DNA from: a virus
IMG/VR virus record: IMGVR_UViG_3300045988_041245
Coordinates: 1 to 30,081 of that record
DNA: 30,081 nucleotides
Direction: 5' to 3' (one strand)
Shown: piece by piece, positions 6,802 to 15,125 of the stretch
How positions within the stretch are numbered: the first letter of the stretch is position 1
How the letters are laid out: each line of letters opens with the position of its first letter
Notes under the pieces: model-generated
What the model was told of the DNA's origin: nothing
What the model saw: only the letters and a program-made list of their open reading frames with translations
The model's database searches: none
Translations under genes and position numbers: made by a program

Positions 6802-7707
6802 ATGAAAATCATCAACCTATCACAAACCCACAACACCCAAGCATGGCTCAACGAACGCCTAGGCCGCATCACCGGCACCAAAAGCAGCAGCCTAGCCCTA
6901 GACCACTACCAGCAAACCGACACCAAAAAAATCATCAAATACCGGGACAAAGCACTCGAACAAGCAAAAAAAGCAACATCGAAAGACGAGACCGAAGAGC
7001 ACTTCCGAACGGCACTAAAATACGACGAACTACTCACCGAAACCGAAGCAAAAAACAAACGCCTCAAAGTCGGCATCGACTTCTGGAAATTCCTCGCCGA
7101 AACCATGGCCGAACAGCCAGACGGAGAAAACCCCATGGAACGCGGCCACAGGCTCGAACCGGAAAACATCCGACTCACCCTCCAACAACTCGGATACAAA
7201 GAAAAAGACTGCATCACCGACTGCGGCATCTGGGAAAGCGACGAAGACAATCGAATCGCATGCAGTCCAGACGCCTACGAAAACTCAGACAATCCAACAT
7301 GGGCCATCGAATGCAAAAGCCTCGGAAGCGCCTACCACCTCCAAGCCGTCATCCCATGGATGGTCCACTCACAGCGCATCCGCCAACGAGAAATACCGGG
7401 AAACCTCGCCGACGCAGCCGCACAAATCCTCCCCCCAACAGCAACAAGCCTCAAAGCCACCAACATGGACTTCATACCGGACACATACAAAGCGCAAGTA
7501 CTCCAATACTTCGTGGTCTGCGACACGCTCAAAACACTCTACTTCAGCATGTACGACCCACGCGTATACGGAAACGCACGACACCAAGTCATCCCGATAC
7601 GCCGAACGGAAGTCCAACCACTCATCACCGAACACAAACGCAAACAACTCAACACATTGCGCATCATCGACATCATCACCGAAGCCACAGGAGCAACATT
7701 CAAATGA
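6802..7707 (+). CDS. YqaJ-type (lambda Exo-like, PD-(D/E)XK) recombination exonuclease
   Basis: N-terminal QAWLNERLGRITGTKSS (YqaJ signature). SPDA...IECKS catalytic D...ExK motif. Paired with erf. Confidence 0.7.
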   Translation: MKIINLSQTHNTQAWLNERLGRITGTKSSSLALDHYQQTDTKKIIKYRDKALEQAKKATSKDETEEHFRTALKYDELLTETEAKNKRLKVGIDFWKFLAETMAEQPDGENPMERGHRLEPENIRLTLQQLGYKEKDCITDCGIWESDEDNRIACSPDAYENSDNPTWAIECKSLGSAYHLQAVIPWMVHSQRIRQREIPGNLADAAAQILPPTATSLKATNMDFIPDTYKAQVLQYFVVCDTLKTLYFSMYDPRVYGNARHQVIPIRRTEVQPLITEHKRKQLNTLRIIDIITEATGATFK

Positions 7708-7973
7708 CAATCGACACCATCCTCAACAGTCCTGACATCTACGTCCTCTTCGACGGCTGCCCCACATGCGGACCAGGAAACGCGGCCTTCCTCGACTCAT
7801 GCCGCACGACAGCACAATACATGTGGAAACAACTGCAAATCGTGCCATCCGGGAGCCAAACCGCCACCCTCATCCGCACCATCGCAAAAAACCAAAACAA
7901 GCCAATCAAATACCCACTGATACTGCTCGACGGAACAATCCACTACACGCCGGCCGAACTCATCCAAAAATAA
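7704..7973 (+). CDS. Glutaredoxin/NrdH-like thioredoxin-fold protein (89 aa)
   Basis: ATGA overlap with the exonuclease stop. IYVLFDGCPTCGP (CxxC) and KYPLILLDGTIHYTPAELI resemble a glutaredoxin fold. Confidence 0.5.
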   Translation: MTIDTILNSPDIYVLFDGCPTCGPGNAAFLDSCRTTAQYMWKQLQIVPSGSQTATLIRTIAKNQNKPIKYPLILLDGTIHYTPAELIQK

Positions 7974-7987
7974 CGAAAGGAACCCCA

Positions 7988-8320
7988 ATGTACCACACCA
8001 ACGACCCACTGGAACAAGACATCCTCAACCTCTTCGAGGAAGATAAAGTCCACGTGAACGCGATGCGCCGATTCTTCAAGGACTCCATATGCGACTACCT
8101 CGACGACGACCCGGACAACCCCGAACACGAAGAAGCCGCATACCGATTCTTCGACAAGTGGTACCGCAGCATCCGCAAGGCAATCTGGACAAGCGGAGCC
8201 ATATACACCCTCGAACACCACGGCACGCCACACGAGGAAGCCCAAAAAGAAGCCACCACCACATACAGCAAAGCCTACTGGAAACACGACCAGAAACGCA
8301 GGAAAGGAAACCCACAATGA
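7988..8320 (+). CDS. Hypothetical acidic protein (110 aa)
   Basis: ATG preceded by GAAAGGAACC. I trimmed the start relative to track ORF 7766..8320. Confidence 0.55.
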   Translation: MYHTNDPLEQDILNLFEEDKVHVNAMRRFFKDSICDYLDDDPDNPEHEEAAYRFFDKWYRSIRKAIWTSGAIYTLEHHGTPHEEAQKEATTTYSKAYWKHDQKRRKGNPQ

Positions 8321-8652
8321 AAACCGAATGGTGGACAGCCGTCATCACAACCGGACTCACAAGCGGATACGCGACCACAGTCAGCCAACTTTCCACCGGC
8401 CCCGGCGACATCTTCGCTAAGCTACGGAAAAAGCTCACCGACAAAACCGAAAACGCAAGCAATGACCTCACCCGCAGTCTTGGCATGCTCGCCTACTGCG
8501 GATGGTGCCTCAGCCCCTACGCGACACTGCCGGTATGGGCTGCGACAGCGAAGATCCACCACATCCACTTCGGCATCAAATGGCTCACCGGATGGGCCGT
8601 AGCCACAAGCATCGCAGCCTACTACAGACACCAAGCAGAAAGCAGACTCTAA
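8317..8652 (+). CDS. Membrane protein, DUF1360-like (111 aa)
   Basis: ATGA overlap, RBS GGAAAGGAAACC. Hydrophobic segments and YCGWCLSPY resemble the DUF1360 C-x-W-C motif. Confidence 0.45.
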   Translation: MKTEWWTAVITTGLTSGYATTVSQLSTGPGDIFAKLRKKLTDKTENASNDLTRSLGMLAYCGWCLSPYATLPVWAATAKIHHIHFGIKWLTGWAVATSIAAYYRHQAESRL

Positions 8653-8936
8653 TGGACACTCCGAAAATCCACGCACTCACGCTCCTCCGCCTCGCAGGGA
8701 AACCAATCACCCAGGAACGACTGACCGACATGGCCGAAACGGTGAAATACCCCGACACGCCACAAAGCCTAAGAAGCCGCATAACCGAACTCGAACGGTC
8801 AGGGCACGTCCACCGCGTCGACCGAAACGGCATCAGCAAACACAACCGGCCATGCTGGAGATGGCAACTCACCAAGAAAGGCGACGAACTCATGCAAGAG
8901 CTCTTCGACACCACGACACCGGACAAAAGAAAGTAA
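8652..8936 (+). CDS. Winged-helix DNA-binding protein (94 aa)
   Basis: TAATG overlap with the previous gene. LTLLRLAGKPITQERLTDMAE...RSRITELERSGHVHRV looks MarR/ArsR-like. Confidence 0.55.
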   Translation: MDTPKIHALTLLRLAGKPITQERLTDMAETVKYPDTPQSLRSRITELERSGHVHRVDRNGISKHNRPCWRWQLTKKGDELMQELFDTTTPDKRK

Positions 8937-8943
8937 GGGAACC

Positions 8944-9270
8944 ATGGCAACGAAACCATTCACCGTCACCATCAAAGACGAAAAGGTCACAGTACACCAG
9001 AACCCATATACAGGAGCCTTCTACCGCATCCTCCCCGATGGGAAACATACCACGGTCAGCTACCTCCTCATCAGAACCCGGACGACAGCCATCCAACGGC
9101 TCAAATATTGGCGAAACCGGTACGGGTACACCCAAGCCGAACTCGCCAAACTGGTCCACGTATCCGGCCCAACCATCATCATGATGTGGGAAAACGGCCT
9201 AAGACATCCACGTAAGGAATACCGGCAGCGAATTAACGCCGAGCTCGGCGGCGATGTCTTCTTCGAGTAA
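8944..9270 (+). CDS. XRE-family HTH regulator (Cro/CI-type HTH in the C-terminal half)
   Basis: RNRYGYTQAELAKLVHVSGPTIIMMWENGLRHP is a typical HTH_3 motif. Confidence 0.65.
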   Translation: MATKPFTVTIKDEKVTVHQNPYTGAFYRILPDGKHTTVSYLLIRTRTTAIQRLKYWRNRYGYTQAELAKLVHVSGPTIIMMWENGLRHPRKEYRQRINAELGGDVFFE

Positions 9271-9279
9271 CTCATCCTA

Positions 9280-9330
9280 CGGCGTGTCGCACTATCGTGG
9301 CACGCCGTTTATGATATGATAAAAACATCA
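9280..9330 (+). promoter_or_regulatory. Hairpin CGGCGTG-N14-CACGCCG + extended -10 TGATATGAT and imperfect palindrome TGATAT-N7-ACATCA
   Basis: Stem 9280-9286/9301-9307. TGATAT at 9312-9317, ACATCA at 9325-9330. Near-copy of the module at 5614..5664. Confidence 0.55.
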
Positions 9331-9369
9331 ATCAAAAAGATTGGCACAACACAAGAAAGGACCGAGAAA

Positions 9370-9642
9370 ATGGAAACCATCAACTACCTCACCACCCTCA
9401 CCCACATCCTCTCCACCCAGCCGAAAGCCGCCGACATCCTCGACGAACACGGCCTCGGCCTCGAAACCACATTCGGGTGCATCGGAATCAACGACTTCGA
9501 CAGCTTCATGAAACTCTACGGCCTCCTCAACACCATCGAAACCGTCGAAACCACCACCATCAGCACAATCGACGAAGACGAAAAAGGATACGGTTTCACC
9601 GTGACCAGTCCAATCACCATCCACTTCTTCCACATGAAATAA
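9370..9642 (+). CDS. Small acidic hypothetical protein (90 aa), apparently monocistronic
   Basis: ATG 9370 preceded by AAGAAAGGACC. The ATG at 9316 lies inside the promoter module, so I disfavour it. Flanked by its own promoter module and the 9661..9701 terminator. Confidence 0.55.
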   Translation: METINYLTTLTHILSTQPKAADILDEHGLGLETTFGCIGINDFDSFMKLYGLLNTIETVETTTISTIDEDEKGYGFTVTSPITIHFFHMK

Positions 9643-9660
9643 CCACCCAGAACATACAAA

Positions 9661-9701
9661 AACGCCCCGCAGACGGCCGGACAAGCCAAACGCGGGGCGT
9701 T
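9661..9701. terminator. Terminator hairpin between convergent genes, stronger for the minus strand
   Basis: AACGCCCCGC-N21-GCGGGGCGTT. An A-rich run on the + side upstream gives a U-tract for the minus-strand transcript. Confidence 0.6.
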
Positions 9702-9718
9702 ACCATATCAGAGGCAGA

Positions 9719-10039
9719 CTAGCGGCTCACACCGGCATAATGCACGCCGAACAAGCCAGCCACGCCAGAACCAACCAACGCACAAGCACCGCCAACGACC
9801 GCAACCCACGACGGGACACCCGGCACAGCACTCACCAAGCTTGCGACAGCACCGGCAATACCCACCAGCCCGGACACCAAATACGCCCAACGACGAGTCT
9901 CAGCATCAAAAGCCGGCACATAATTATCCGACCCATCCGCACACTCGTTCGTGACCATGGTCTCCGAAGTCGGCTCACCAGTCAACACATCATCAGCTAA
10001 CACTGCATGCTTAGCCATAAAATCAATCCTTCCAATCAC
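9719..10039 (-). CDS. Holin-like membrane protein (two C-terminal TM segments)
   Basis: GTGA overlap with the endolysin stop; an alternative ATG lies at 10018. Hydrophobic runs WAYLVSGLVGIAGAVASLVSAV and WVAVVGGACALVGSGVAGLFGV. Sits downstream of the lysin. Confidence 0.6.
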   Translation of the reverse strand: MIGRIDFMAKHAVLADDVLTGEPTSETMVTNECADGSDNYVPAFDAETRRWAYLVSGLVGIAGAVASLVSAVPGVPSWVAVVGGACALVGSGVAGLFGVHYAGVSR

Positions 10040-10878
10040 TTGAAGATAATACCGTTATTAAGCCGCTTCTGGAATTCCATAACAGCCTGAGACGGTGCCG
10101 GACTGATGATACCATCCCCCGGGAAACCGTTCATCTCCATGAGGAAACGATGAATGAACTCCGGCCCGGCATTACGTGGACGATCCGTGATCCCGAAACG
10201 CTGCGACATCCACTCAACCCAATCACTACCAGAAGTACCCTCCTCCAAACAGGCGATATTCTGATTCTCCAAACAACGGATCTGCCCGGACATGACACCA
10301 TCAACCGACGTGCCAGCAACCTCCTGGGCCCTACGCATCGTCAAAGGACCCCAAGACCCATCGACCTCAAGCTTAGTCACAGACTGCGTGGCCGGCTGAA
10401 CAGGCACCGGATTAGACGGAGCCACCAAACCACGAGACAAACGGTCCAAACGATCCAAATCATACGTTCCAGGACACTGCGTATTACAACAATCACGATG
10501 CCGAATCAACGGCAGATCACCATACTCGGCACGCAAATCACGAATCAACTGAGCAACAGTCAGGTAATCACCGTCGGACTGGCGTGGATTGCATTCGATA
10601 CCAATGCCCATATCATTGCCCTTCGAACGGACGCCCACACCGTCACCGGCATGCCACGCACGATCATCCGGATCCACGATACAAGCCACACGACCGGCCT
10701 CAACGACGTAATGCGCGGAAGCACGACGAACCGGACTGCACAAAGTCTTGACAACACCCTCGAACGTCGGATGCGTATTCGGGTCACCCCACCAGTGGAT
10801 CACAATATACTTGATCCCATACGGGCGACCACTCGCATAATTCGGACTATCATACTGGGTAATGTATTCATATGACAT
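10036..10878 (-). CDS. Endolysin: N-acetylmuramoyl-L-alanine amidase (Amidase_2/PGRP) with a C-terminal peptidoglycan-binding-like domain
   Basis: YIVIHWWG...ASAHYVV...AWHAG amidase_2 signature. C-terminal FPGDGIISPAPSQAVMEFQKRLN looks PG_binding_1-like. RBS AAGGAGAC. Confidence 0.85.
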   Translation of the reverse strand: MSYEYITQYDSPNYASGRPYGIKYIVIHWWGDPNTHPTFEGVVKTLCSPVRRASAHYVVEAGRVACIVDPDDRAWHAGDGVGVRSKGNDMGIGIECNPRQSDGDYLTVAQLIRDLRAEYGDLPLIRHRDCCNTQCPGTYDLDRLDRLSRGLVAPSNPVPVQPATQSVTKLEVDGSWGPLTMRRAQEVAGTSVDGVMSGQIRCLENQNIACLEEGTSGSDWVEWMSQRFGITDRPRNAGPEFIHRFLMEMNGFPGDGIISPAPSQAVMEFQKRLNNGIIFK

Positions 10879-10889
10879 TTTGTCTCCTT

Positions 10890-11039
10890 TCAGACAGTTA
10901 AAACATACCAGACGGTAAACAGAAAACGGGCGAAAGACGGCATACCAGTGACGGTCAAATAACCGGCCACCACCATAACCCCGACAAGAAACGACGACAA
11001 GAGGATAAGCAGAATGTTCTCAATAAATTCCTGACGCAT
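10890..11039 (-). CDS. Small two-TM membrane protein (49 aa), second holin/antiholin candidate; not on the ORF track
   Basis: My own translation: MRQEFIENILLILLSSFLVGVMVVAGYLTVTGMPSFARFLFTVWYVLTV. Its stop lies 11 nt before the endolysin ATG. No clear SD. Confidence 0.4.
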   Translation of the reverse strand: MRQEFIENILLILLSSFLVGVMVVAGYLTVTGMPSFARFLFTVWYVLTV

Positions 11040-11067
11040 ACCATCAGCATACCAAACTAACCTAAGA

Positions 11068-11073
11068 TAGACT
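11068..11073 (+). promoter_or_regulatory. -10 candidate TAGACT exactly 7 nt before the ATG at 11081 (leaderless geometry)
   Basis: No SD upstream of 11081. Same hexamer-N7-ATG spacing as at 26823 and 28608. Confidence 0.3.
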
Positions 11074-11080
11074 TAGCCTT

Positions 11081-11428
11081 ATGACCGAACTAATATCACC
11101 ACTCATCGGACTCATAGGCATCGCCGTAGGCGGCACCATCACATGGGCATCCACACGCCGCAACAACCTCACCACCGCCTACCAACATCTCGTCGAAGCC
11201 CAAGGCGAACTCAAAAAACAAATCGACGCCCAAGACGAAAAAATCAACAAACTCATCGAAAGCCGCGACGAACTCCAACACATCAACGACCTCGAAACCG
11301 GCTACATCCGCAGACTAGGCCACTGGCTAGCCCAATTCTGCGAAATAATCAAAGACAAGGAATTCCTTGCACGACACCCCAAACCACCCCTACCTGACGA
11401 GCTCCGCGACCGCATCTGCCCACTCTAA
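11081..11428 (+). CDS. N-terminal TM + coiled-coil protein (115 aa), opposite strand to all neighbours
   Basis: ISPLIGLIGIAVGGTITWA is a TM segment. QHLVEAQGELKKQIDAQDEKINKLIESRDELQHINDLE is coiled-coil-like. Followed by the bidirectional terminator. Confidence 0.6.
   Translation: MTELISPLIGLIGIAVGGTITWASTRRNNLTTAYQHLVEAQGELKKQIDAQDEKINKLIESRDELQHINDLETGYIRRLGHWLAQFCEIIKDKEFLARHPKPPLPDELRDRICPL
11090..11098 (-). promoter_or_regulatory. Extended -10-like TGATATTAG on the minus strand; candidate lysis-cassette promoter
   Basis: Reverse complement of ctaatatca, about 50 nt upstream of the ATG at 11039. A promoter is needed here because the late transcript meets a terminator at 11444..11475. 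Confidence 0.3.
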
Positions 11429-11443
11429 CCACCACAAGACACG

Positions 11444-11475
11444 AAAAAACCCCGGCATACAACCGGGGCTTTTCC
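11444..11475. terminator. Bidirectional rho-independent terminator
   Basis: A6-CCCCGG-N7-CCGGGG-CTTTT between convergent genes 11081..11428 (+) and 11481..12386 (-). Confidence 0.75.
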
Positions 11476-11480
11476 ATATG

Positions 11481-12386
11481 TCATACCGACCATGTCATAG
11501 TCGCACTGGTCCACACACCACTATCATACGTGATATCCTTGAAAGGTCTCACATACAAGCCCGTCCTATCCAGCTGGAAACCGCTATATTCAACACCGGC
11601 CCCAGGAACGTTCAAATCGTCAAAATGAGGCTTCACATAGTCCGGGAACGTGAGAATCTGACTCTTCGACCACGCGGTCGCATTCCATTTAGGCCCTCTC
11701 GTCGCCTTGACGGCAAGGCTGACGATATTACCAGACATCGAGCACTTATACCAGACACTCCAATCCTTATACCACTGACCATGACCCAACTGGACATCAG
11801 TCAACGACACCCAAGCATCATTGACACGACGATACCGCTGCCCAACACTCGTAACAACGGCCTCGACCCCGTCAACGGTCCAAATCTTGATCAACTGATT
11901 CCAAGTATCCACCTCAATCGTGCCGTCAACATGGATCTTCGGAGCCACGTCAGACACGACACCAGCCGTGACCCTAGCTATAACCAAACCATTGATCTGC
12001 GCGTCGGGCGTACTGGCATCCCACGACTGCAACCATGCGCCCGGAGTCTCACCCTGAGACAAACTCGGATCGTAAGCCGCGACCACGATCTTATAATCCC
12101 CCGTAGAATCAGGCACGTTCACCGTCATAGGCTCCGTTATCGCATAAGTGTACGAGCCAGTCGCCGACCACGGGCGCAGGGTACCGCAATGAGGCTTAAC
12201 GGTGACAGTCAACCCGTCGATCGTCGACAACGGGGTAGGACTGCCATACCGGACACCCTGAACGCCACCGAAAGCGGAACCATCAGACGGAAACAGGAAC
12301 GGGTTCACAACATGCCGGTAATCATCAGCCGTGTAAGCTGGCGCTCCATTCAAAGCAGTCAAAGGATGCAACACAATATCACTCAT
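11481..12386 (-). CDS. Minor tail protein / receptor-binding protein candidate
   Basis: Last gene of the tail module, with RBS GAGGAA. No motif recognised, so this call rests on position only. Confidence 0.45.
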   Translation of the reverse strand: MSDIVLHPLTALNGAPAYTADDYRHVVNPFLFPSDGSAFGGVQGVRYGSPTPLSTIDGLTVTVKPHCGTLRPWSATGSYTYAITEPMTVNVPDSTGDYKIVVAAYDPSLSQGETPGAWLQSWDASTPDAQINGLVIARVTAGVVSDVAPKIHVDGTIEVDTWNQLIKIWTVDGVEAVVTSVGQRYRRVNDAWVSLTDVQLGHGQWYKDWSVWYKCSMSGNIVSLAVKATRGPKWNATAWSKSQILTFPDYVKPHFDDLNVPGAGVEYSGFQLDRTGLYVRPFKDITYDSGVWTSATMTWSV

Positions 12387-12406
12387 AAGTCATTCCTCGC
12401 AATCAA

Positions 12407-13078
12407 TCATTCAGACGTGGACACACCCATTTTACCTACCAAAGAAGATAGACGAGAAACCTCTGCCCTAAGCCCGTCCACCTCATTCATAGCCTCCTGG
12501 GCCAACCGTAAAGCGGCCACACTCAACCTCGGATAATCAACACCGGTCGGATTCCCGTCGGCATCATATTCGCAGAAAAACCCAAGCCCGGCATCATCCA
12601 AGTCCTCGGCAAGAAGCCCGATGACCGGCTGCGCGTCATCAAGCTTCAGATTCAGATCATCCTTGAACGTATACACTCTCCATTTCACCTGACGAAGAGC
12701 AACAACCGGGACGAACCCGTCAGCATCGTCGACATTCGCCACCGAATGCGTTGACGAACAGTCAACCCCCAACGTACCATCATAAAGACAATAAACCGGC
12801 TTCAGGGGACTCAACGAAAGCGGATTGATATACGCGTTCCGCACCCCGGTACCACCATGCGCCGGCACCACCACCGCATTCGACTCGCGATCGTCAGCCT
12901 GACTCTGCTCAGTAACCAACGATTCAAAATCCTTCTCAACGGTAGAAACACGTTCACCCAATCGACTGATGCTCTTACCGACACTAGCCCGCGACTCCCC
13001 CAGTTGGCGTCGGACATCCGCAAACTGGCGGGCGGTAGCATCAACCCCATCAAGCGAAAACCTGAACTTGCTTTGCAC
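12407..13078 (-). CDS. Tail fibre protein with a C-terminal S74-type intramolecular chaperone domain
   Basis: GTG start. N-terminal coiled coil. C-terminal VIGLLAEDLDDAGLGFFCEYDADGNPTGVDYPRLSVAALRLAQEAMNEVDGLRAEV resembles the peptidase S74 / chaperone-of-endosialidase domain. Confidence 0.6.
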   Translation of the reverse strand: MQSKFRFSLDGVDATARQFADVRRQLGESRASVGKSISRLGERVSTVEKDFESLVTEQSQADDRESNAVVVPAHGGTGVRNAYINPLSLSPLKPVYCLYDGTLGVDCSSTHSVANVDDADGFVPVVALRQVKWRVYTFKDDLNLKLDDAQPVIGLLAEDLDDAGLGFFCEYDADGNPTGVDYPRLSVAALRLAQEAMNEVDGLRAEVSRLSSLVGKMGVSTSE

Positions 13079-13087
13079 CAGAACCCC

Positions 13088-14200
13088 CTACTGCAATACA
13101 GGCGTGATAGTCCACACGCCGTTAAGATCAATCTCATATCCGACGACACGCGCCTCACCATGATCGAAACCAGCGAAACGACCACTATCATCGGCGACAA
13201 TCCACGCGACGACATCACCGGGCCTCCACTCCTCGTAAACGATCGGAGCGGCCAACAGGATCAACGTCATGCTTATGGTATTCGTACCATCCCGCAATTG
13301 CCTCAACGAAGCCGAAGCATGAGCATTCAAAGTCTCCTTCTGCGTGATACTCGACGACGGACGGACGATATGCTCTACGACGGGACGGTAAGACTGTTCG
13401 GCCACCATCGTGTCGGAACGCAACTGGTCTTCCCCAGTCGTAGACCCGACCGCCCACACAACGTTCGCGCCATAACCGGCCGTATAATCCTCCACGACCT
13501 TGAAAGCCGCCATCACGCTCTCATCAAACGTCGTAACCGGATCAATAGAACCTATCCGGTCCGCAACCGTCAAAACCGGCAGATACCTGCCACCATCATC
13601 AGACTCCCACGACGTACACCATTCCGGACCATTCTGCACGTTCGAAAGCTCCTGAAGAACACTCAACAAAGTCTTATCAGAAGACTCCTCATACGTCCTA
13701 TCACGACGAATGCGACTAGGAGACGCCTCTATCGAAAGCATGAACCGGTGGCCCTTAAGCGTACTCGACACAAGATCCTTCACTATCTCACACTGGTCAC
13801 GATTCGAATACGTATGATCCTTCACATACACGCTGTCGAGATAATGTTCGACAGTCGCCAAGGTAAGGGACAATCCACTGCCCTGCAACGTACGTTCACG
13901 TTTGACGACGATACCGCCCCACAATACAATCGTCCCCCGCACCAAGAGGATAGCCGTCCCATACGGGATCGTAGCCTCATTCCAATTGGACGGAACGTCC
14001 AACCACGGAAGCACCGCCGTTTCACTCGTCGTTTCCTCAAAACGGTACGAAAGCTTGGATATCTGCAAACCCGGGAGCTCAGCTAACACGTTCCCGCTAG
14101 TCAAAGACACGGCAAGGAACTGGAAGCCAGCGGCATCCCATATGACACGGCCCTTACCGAAAACAGAGGCTCCGTTCCACCCATTATCAGACAAACCCAT
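13088..14200 (-). CDS. Tail-associated protein (Tal / baseplate hub N-terminal domain type)
   Basis: 370 aa, immediately after Dit. The order TMP-Dit-Tal is typical of siphoviruses. Confidence 0.55.
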   Translation of the reverse strand: MGLSDNGWNGASVFGKGRVIWDAAGFQFLAVSLTSGNVLAELPGLQISKLSYRFEETTSETAVLPWLDVPSNWNEATIPYGTAILLVRGTIVLWGGIVVKRERTLQGSGLSLTLATVEHYLDSVYVKDHTYSNRDQCEIVKDLVSSTLKGHRFMLSIEASPSRIRRDRTYEESSDKTLLSVLQELSNVQNGPEWCTSWESDDGGRYLPVLTVADRIGSIDPVTTFDESVMAAFKVVEDYTAGYGANVVWAVGSTTGEDQLRSDTMVAEQSYRPVVEHIVRPSSSITQKETLNAHASASLRQLRDGTNTISMTLILLAAPIVYEEWRPGDVVAWIVADDSGRFAGFDHGEARVVGYEIDLNGVWTITPVLQ

Positions 14201-14216
14201 GGCATTCCTCCCCTTT

Positions 14217-15107
14217 TTACAGATACGCCGGATAGAACGAGACCGTCATGCGAGCCGAACCCGAATGCTCACTCGCATTGAAACCCCAAACATTCAGACC
14301 GGGTTCCGCCTGACTCCACTCACGACGCCTGACCCGGCCACGAGCGTGATCAGTCCCATCAATCAGAATCTCATGAGTCACACCGTTGATCGTCGCATAA
14401 TGGCCACTACCAAGACTCACATCAAAAGCAATAACATGCCCACTCCCGACATGCGATACCTGCGGATTCACGACCGGCCCGTCAATACGGATCATCACCG
14501 GACTGGGAGCCGTACCAACGTTATTCAATACCACCTGACCGGTCACGGCCTTCTCACTCCATATCCAAGACGACAAGGAGCCACCAGCCTCCTCAAAATG
14601 ATAGGGGAACAGCATACCGCCCAACGAACTCGGCAGTCCCGTAACATCGGACACCGAATCCAACCCATACAGGTACGGGCTCAAAGACGTTAACCCAACA
14701 CTGAAACGGAGAATATTCACCCCAGCCCATTTGATCAATGGTGCGGACGCGGACTGCCATACCCGTACCTGACGGGCAACATCACCCAATCGTGCGGTTA
14801 ACAGCATCCCGCCAGTGTCCAACACGCTTTTGAACGCATTCCACGACGTGACACATGATTCCGTGCACCGTCCGATGATATGACCCTCGATCGTAATGGT
14901 CCGTCCTTGCAAGCATGGCAGATTAGCATACCAGCCGTCCGACATGGCCTTTTCACTCGTCTGCAACGTGGAAGCGACACCATCAAATAAGCCGGACACG
15001 TCCTGAAAAGTCACATGCCATTCACAACCATGATCATCCACCCCATACAAGGGGAAACCGTTTAACGTCAACCGGATGTCACGAGAGTCAATCGGAAAAA
15101 AGCTCAT
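14217..15107 (-). CDS. Distal tail protein (Dit)
   Basis: 296 aa, directly downstream of the tape measure gene, with RBS AGGAG. Confidence 0.6.
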   Translation of the reverse strand: MSFFPIDSRDIRLTLNGFPLYGVDDHGCEWHVTFQDVSGLFDGVASTLQTSEKAMSDGWYANLPCLQGRTITIEGHIIGRCTESCVTSWNAFKSVLDTGGMLLTARLGDVARQVRVWQSASAPLIKWAGVNILRFSVGLTSLSPYLYGLDSVSDVTGLPSSLGGMLFPYHFEEAGGSLSSWIWSEKAVTGQVVLNNVGTAPSPVMIRIDGPVVNPQVSHVGSGHVIAFDVSLGSGHYATINGVTHEILIDGTDHARGRVRRREWSQAEPGLNVWGFNASEHSGSARMTVSFYPAYL

Positions 15108-15125
15108 AAGACTAGACTAGCTCCT

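Noticed and set aside
6843-7973. Long alternative-frame ORFs: 6843..7973, 11367..12536, 12857..14086, 23307..24500, 18847..19578, 5878..6516 and 20062..20559
   Set aside because: Their translations are dominated by Arg/His/Pro/Thr/Gln runs. They overlap ORFs with recognisable domains. They arise because the strong A/C (or G/T) skew depletes stop codons in off-frames.
9703-9711. TGATATGGT on the minus strand just downstream of the holin stop
   Set aside because: It points straight into the 9661..9701 terminator hairpin with no downstream gene. It is probably a chance match to the promoter word.
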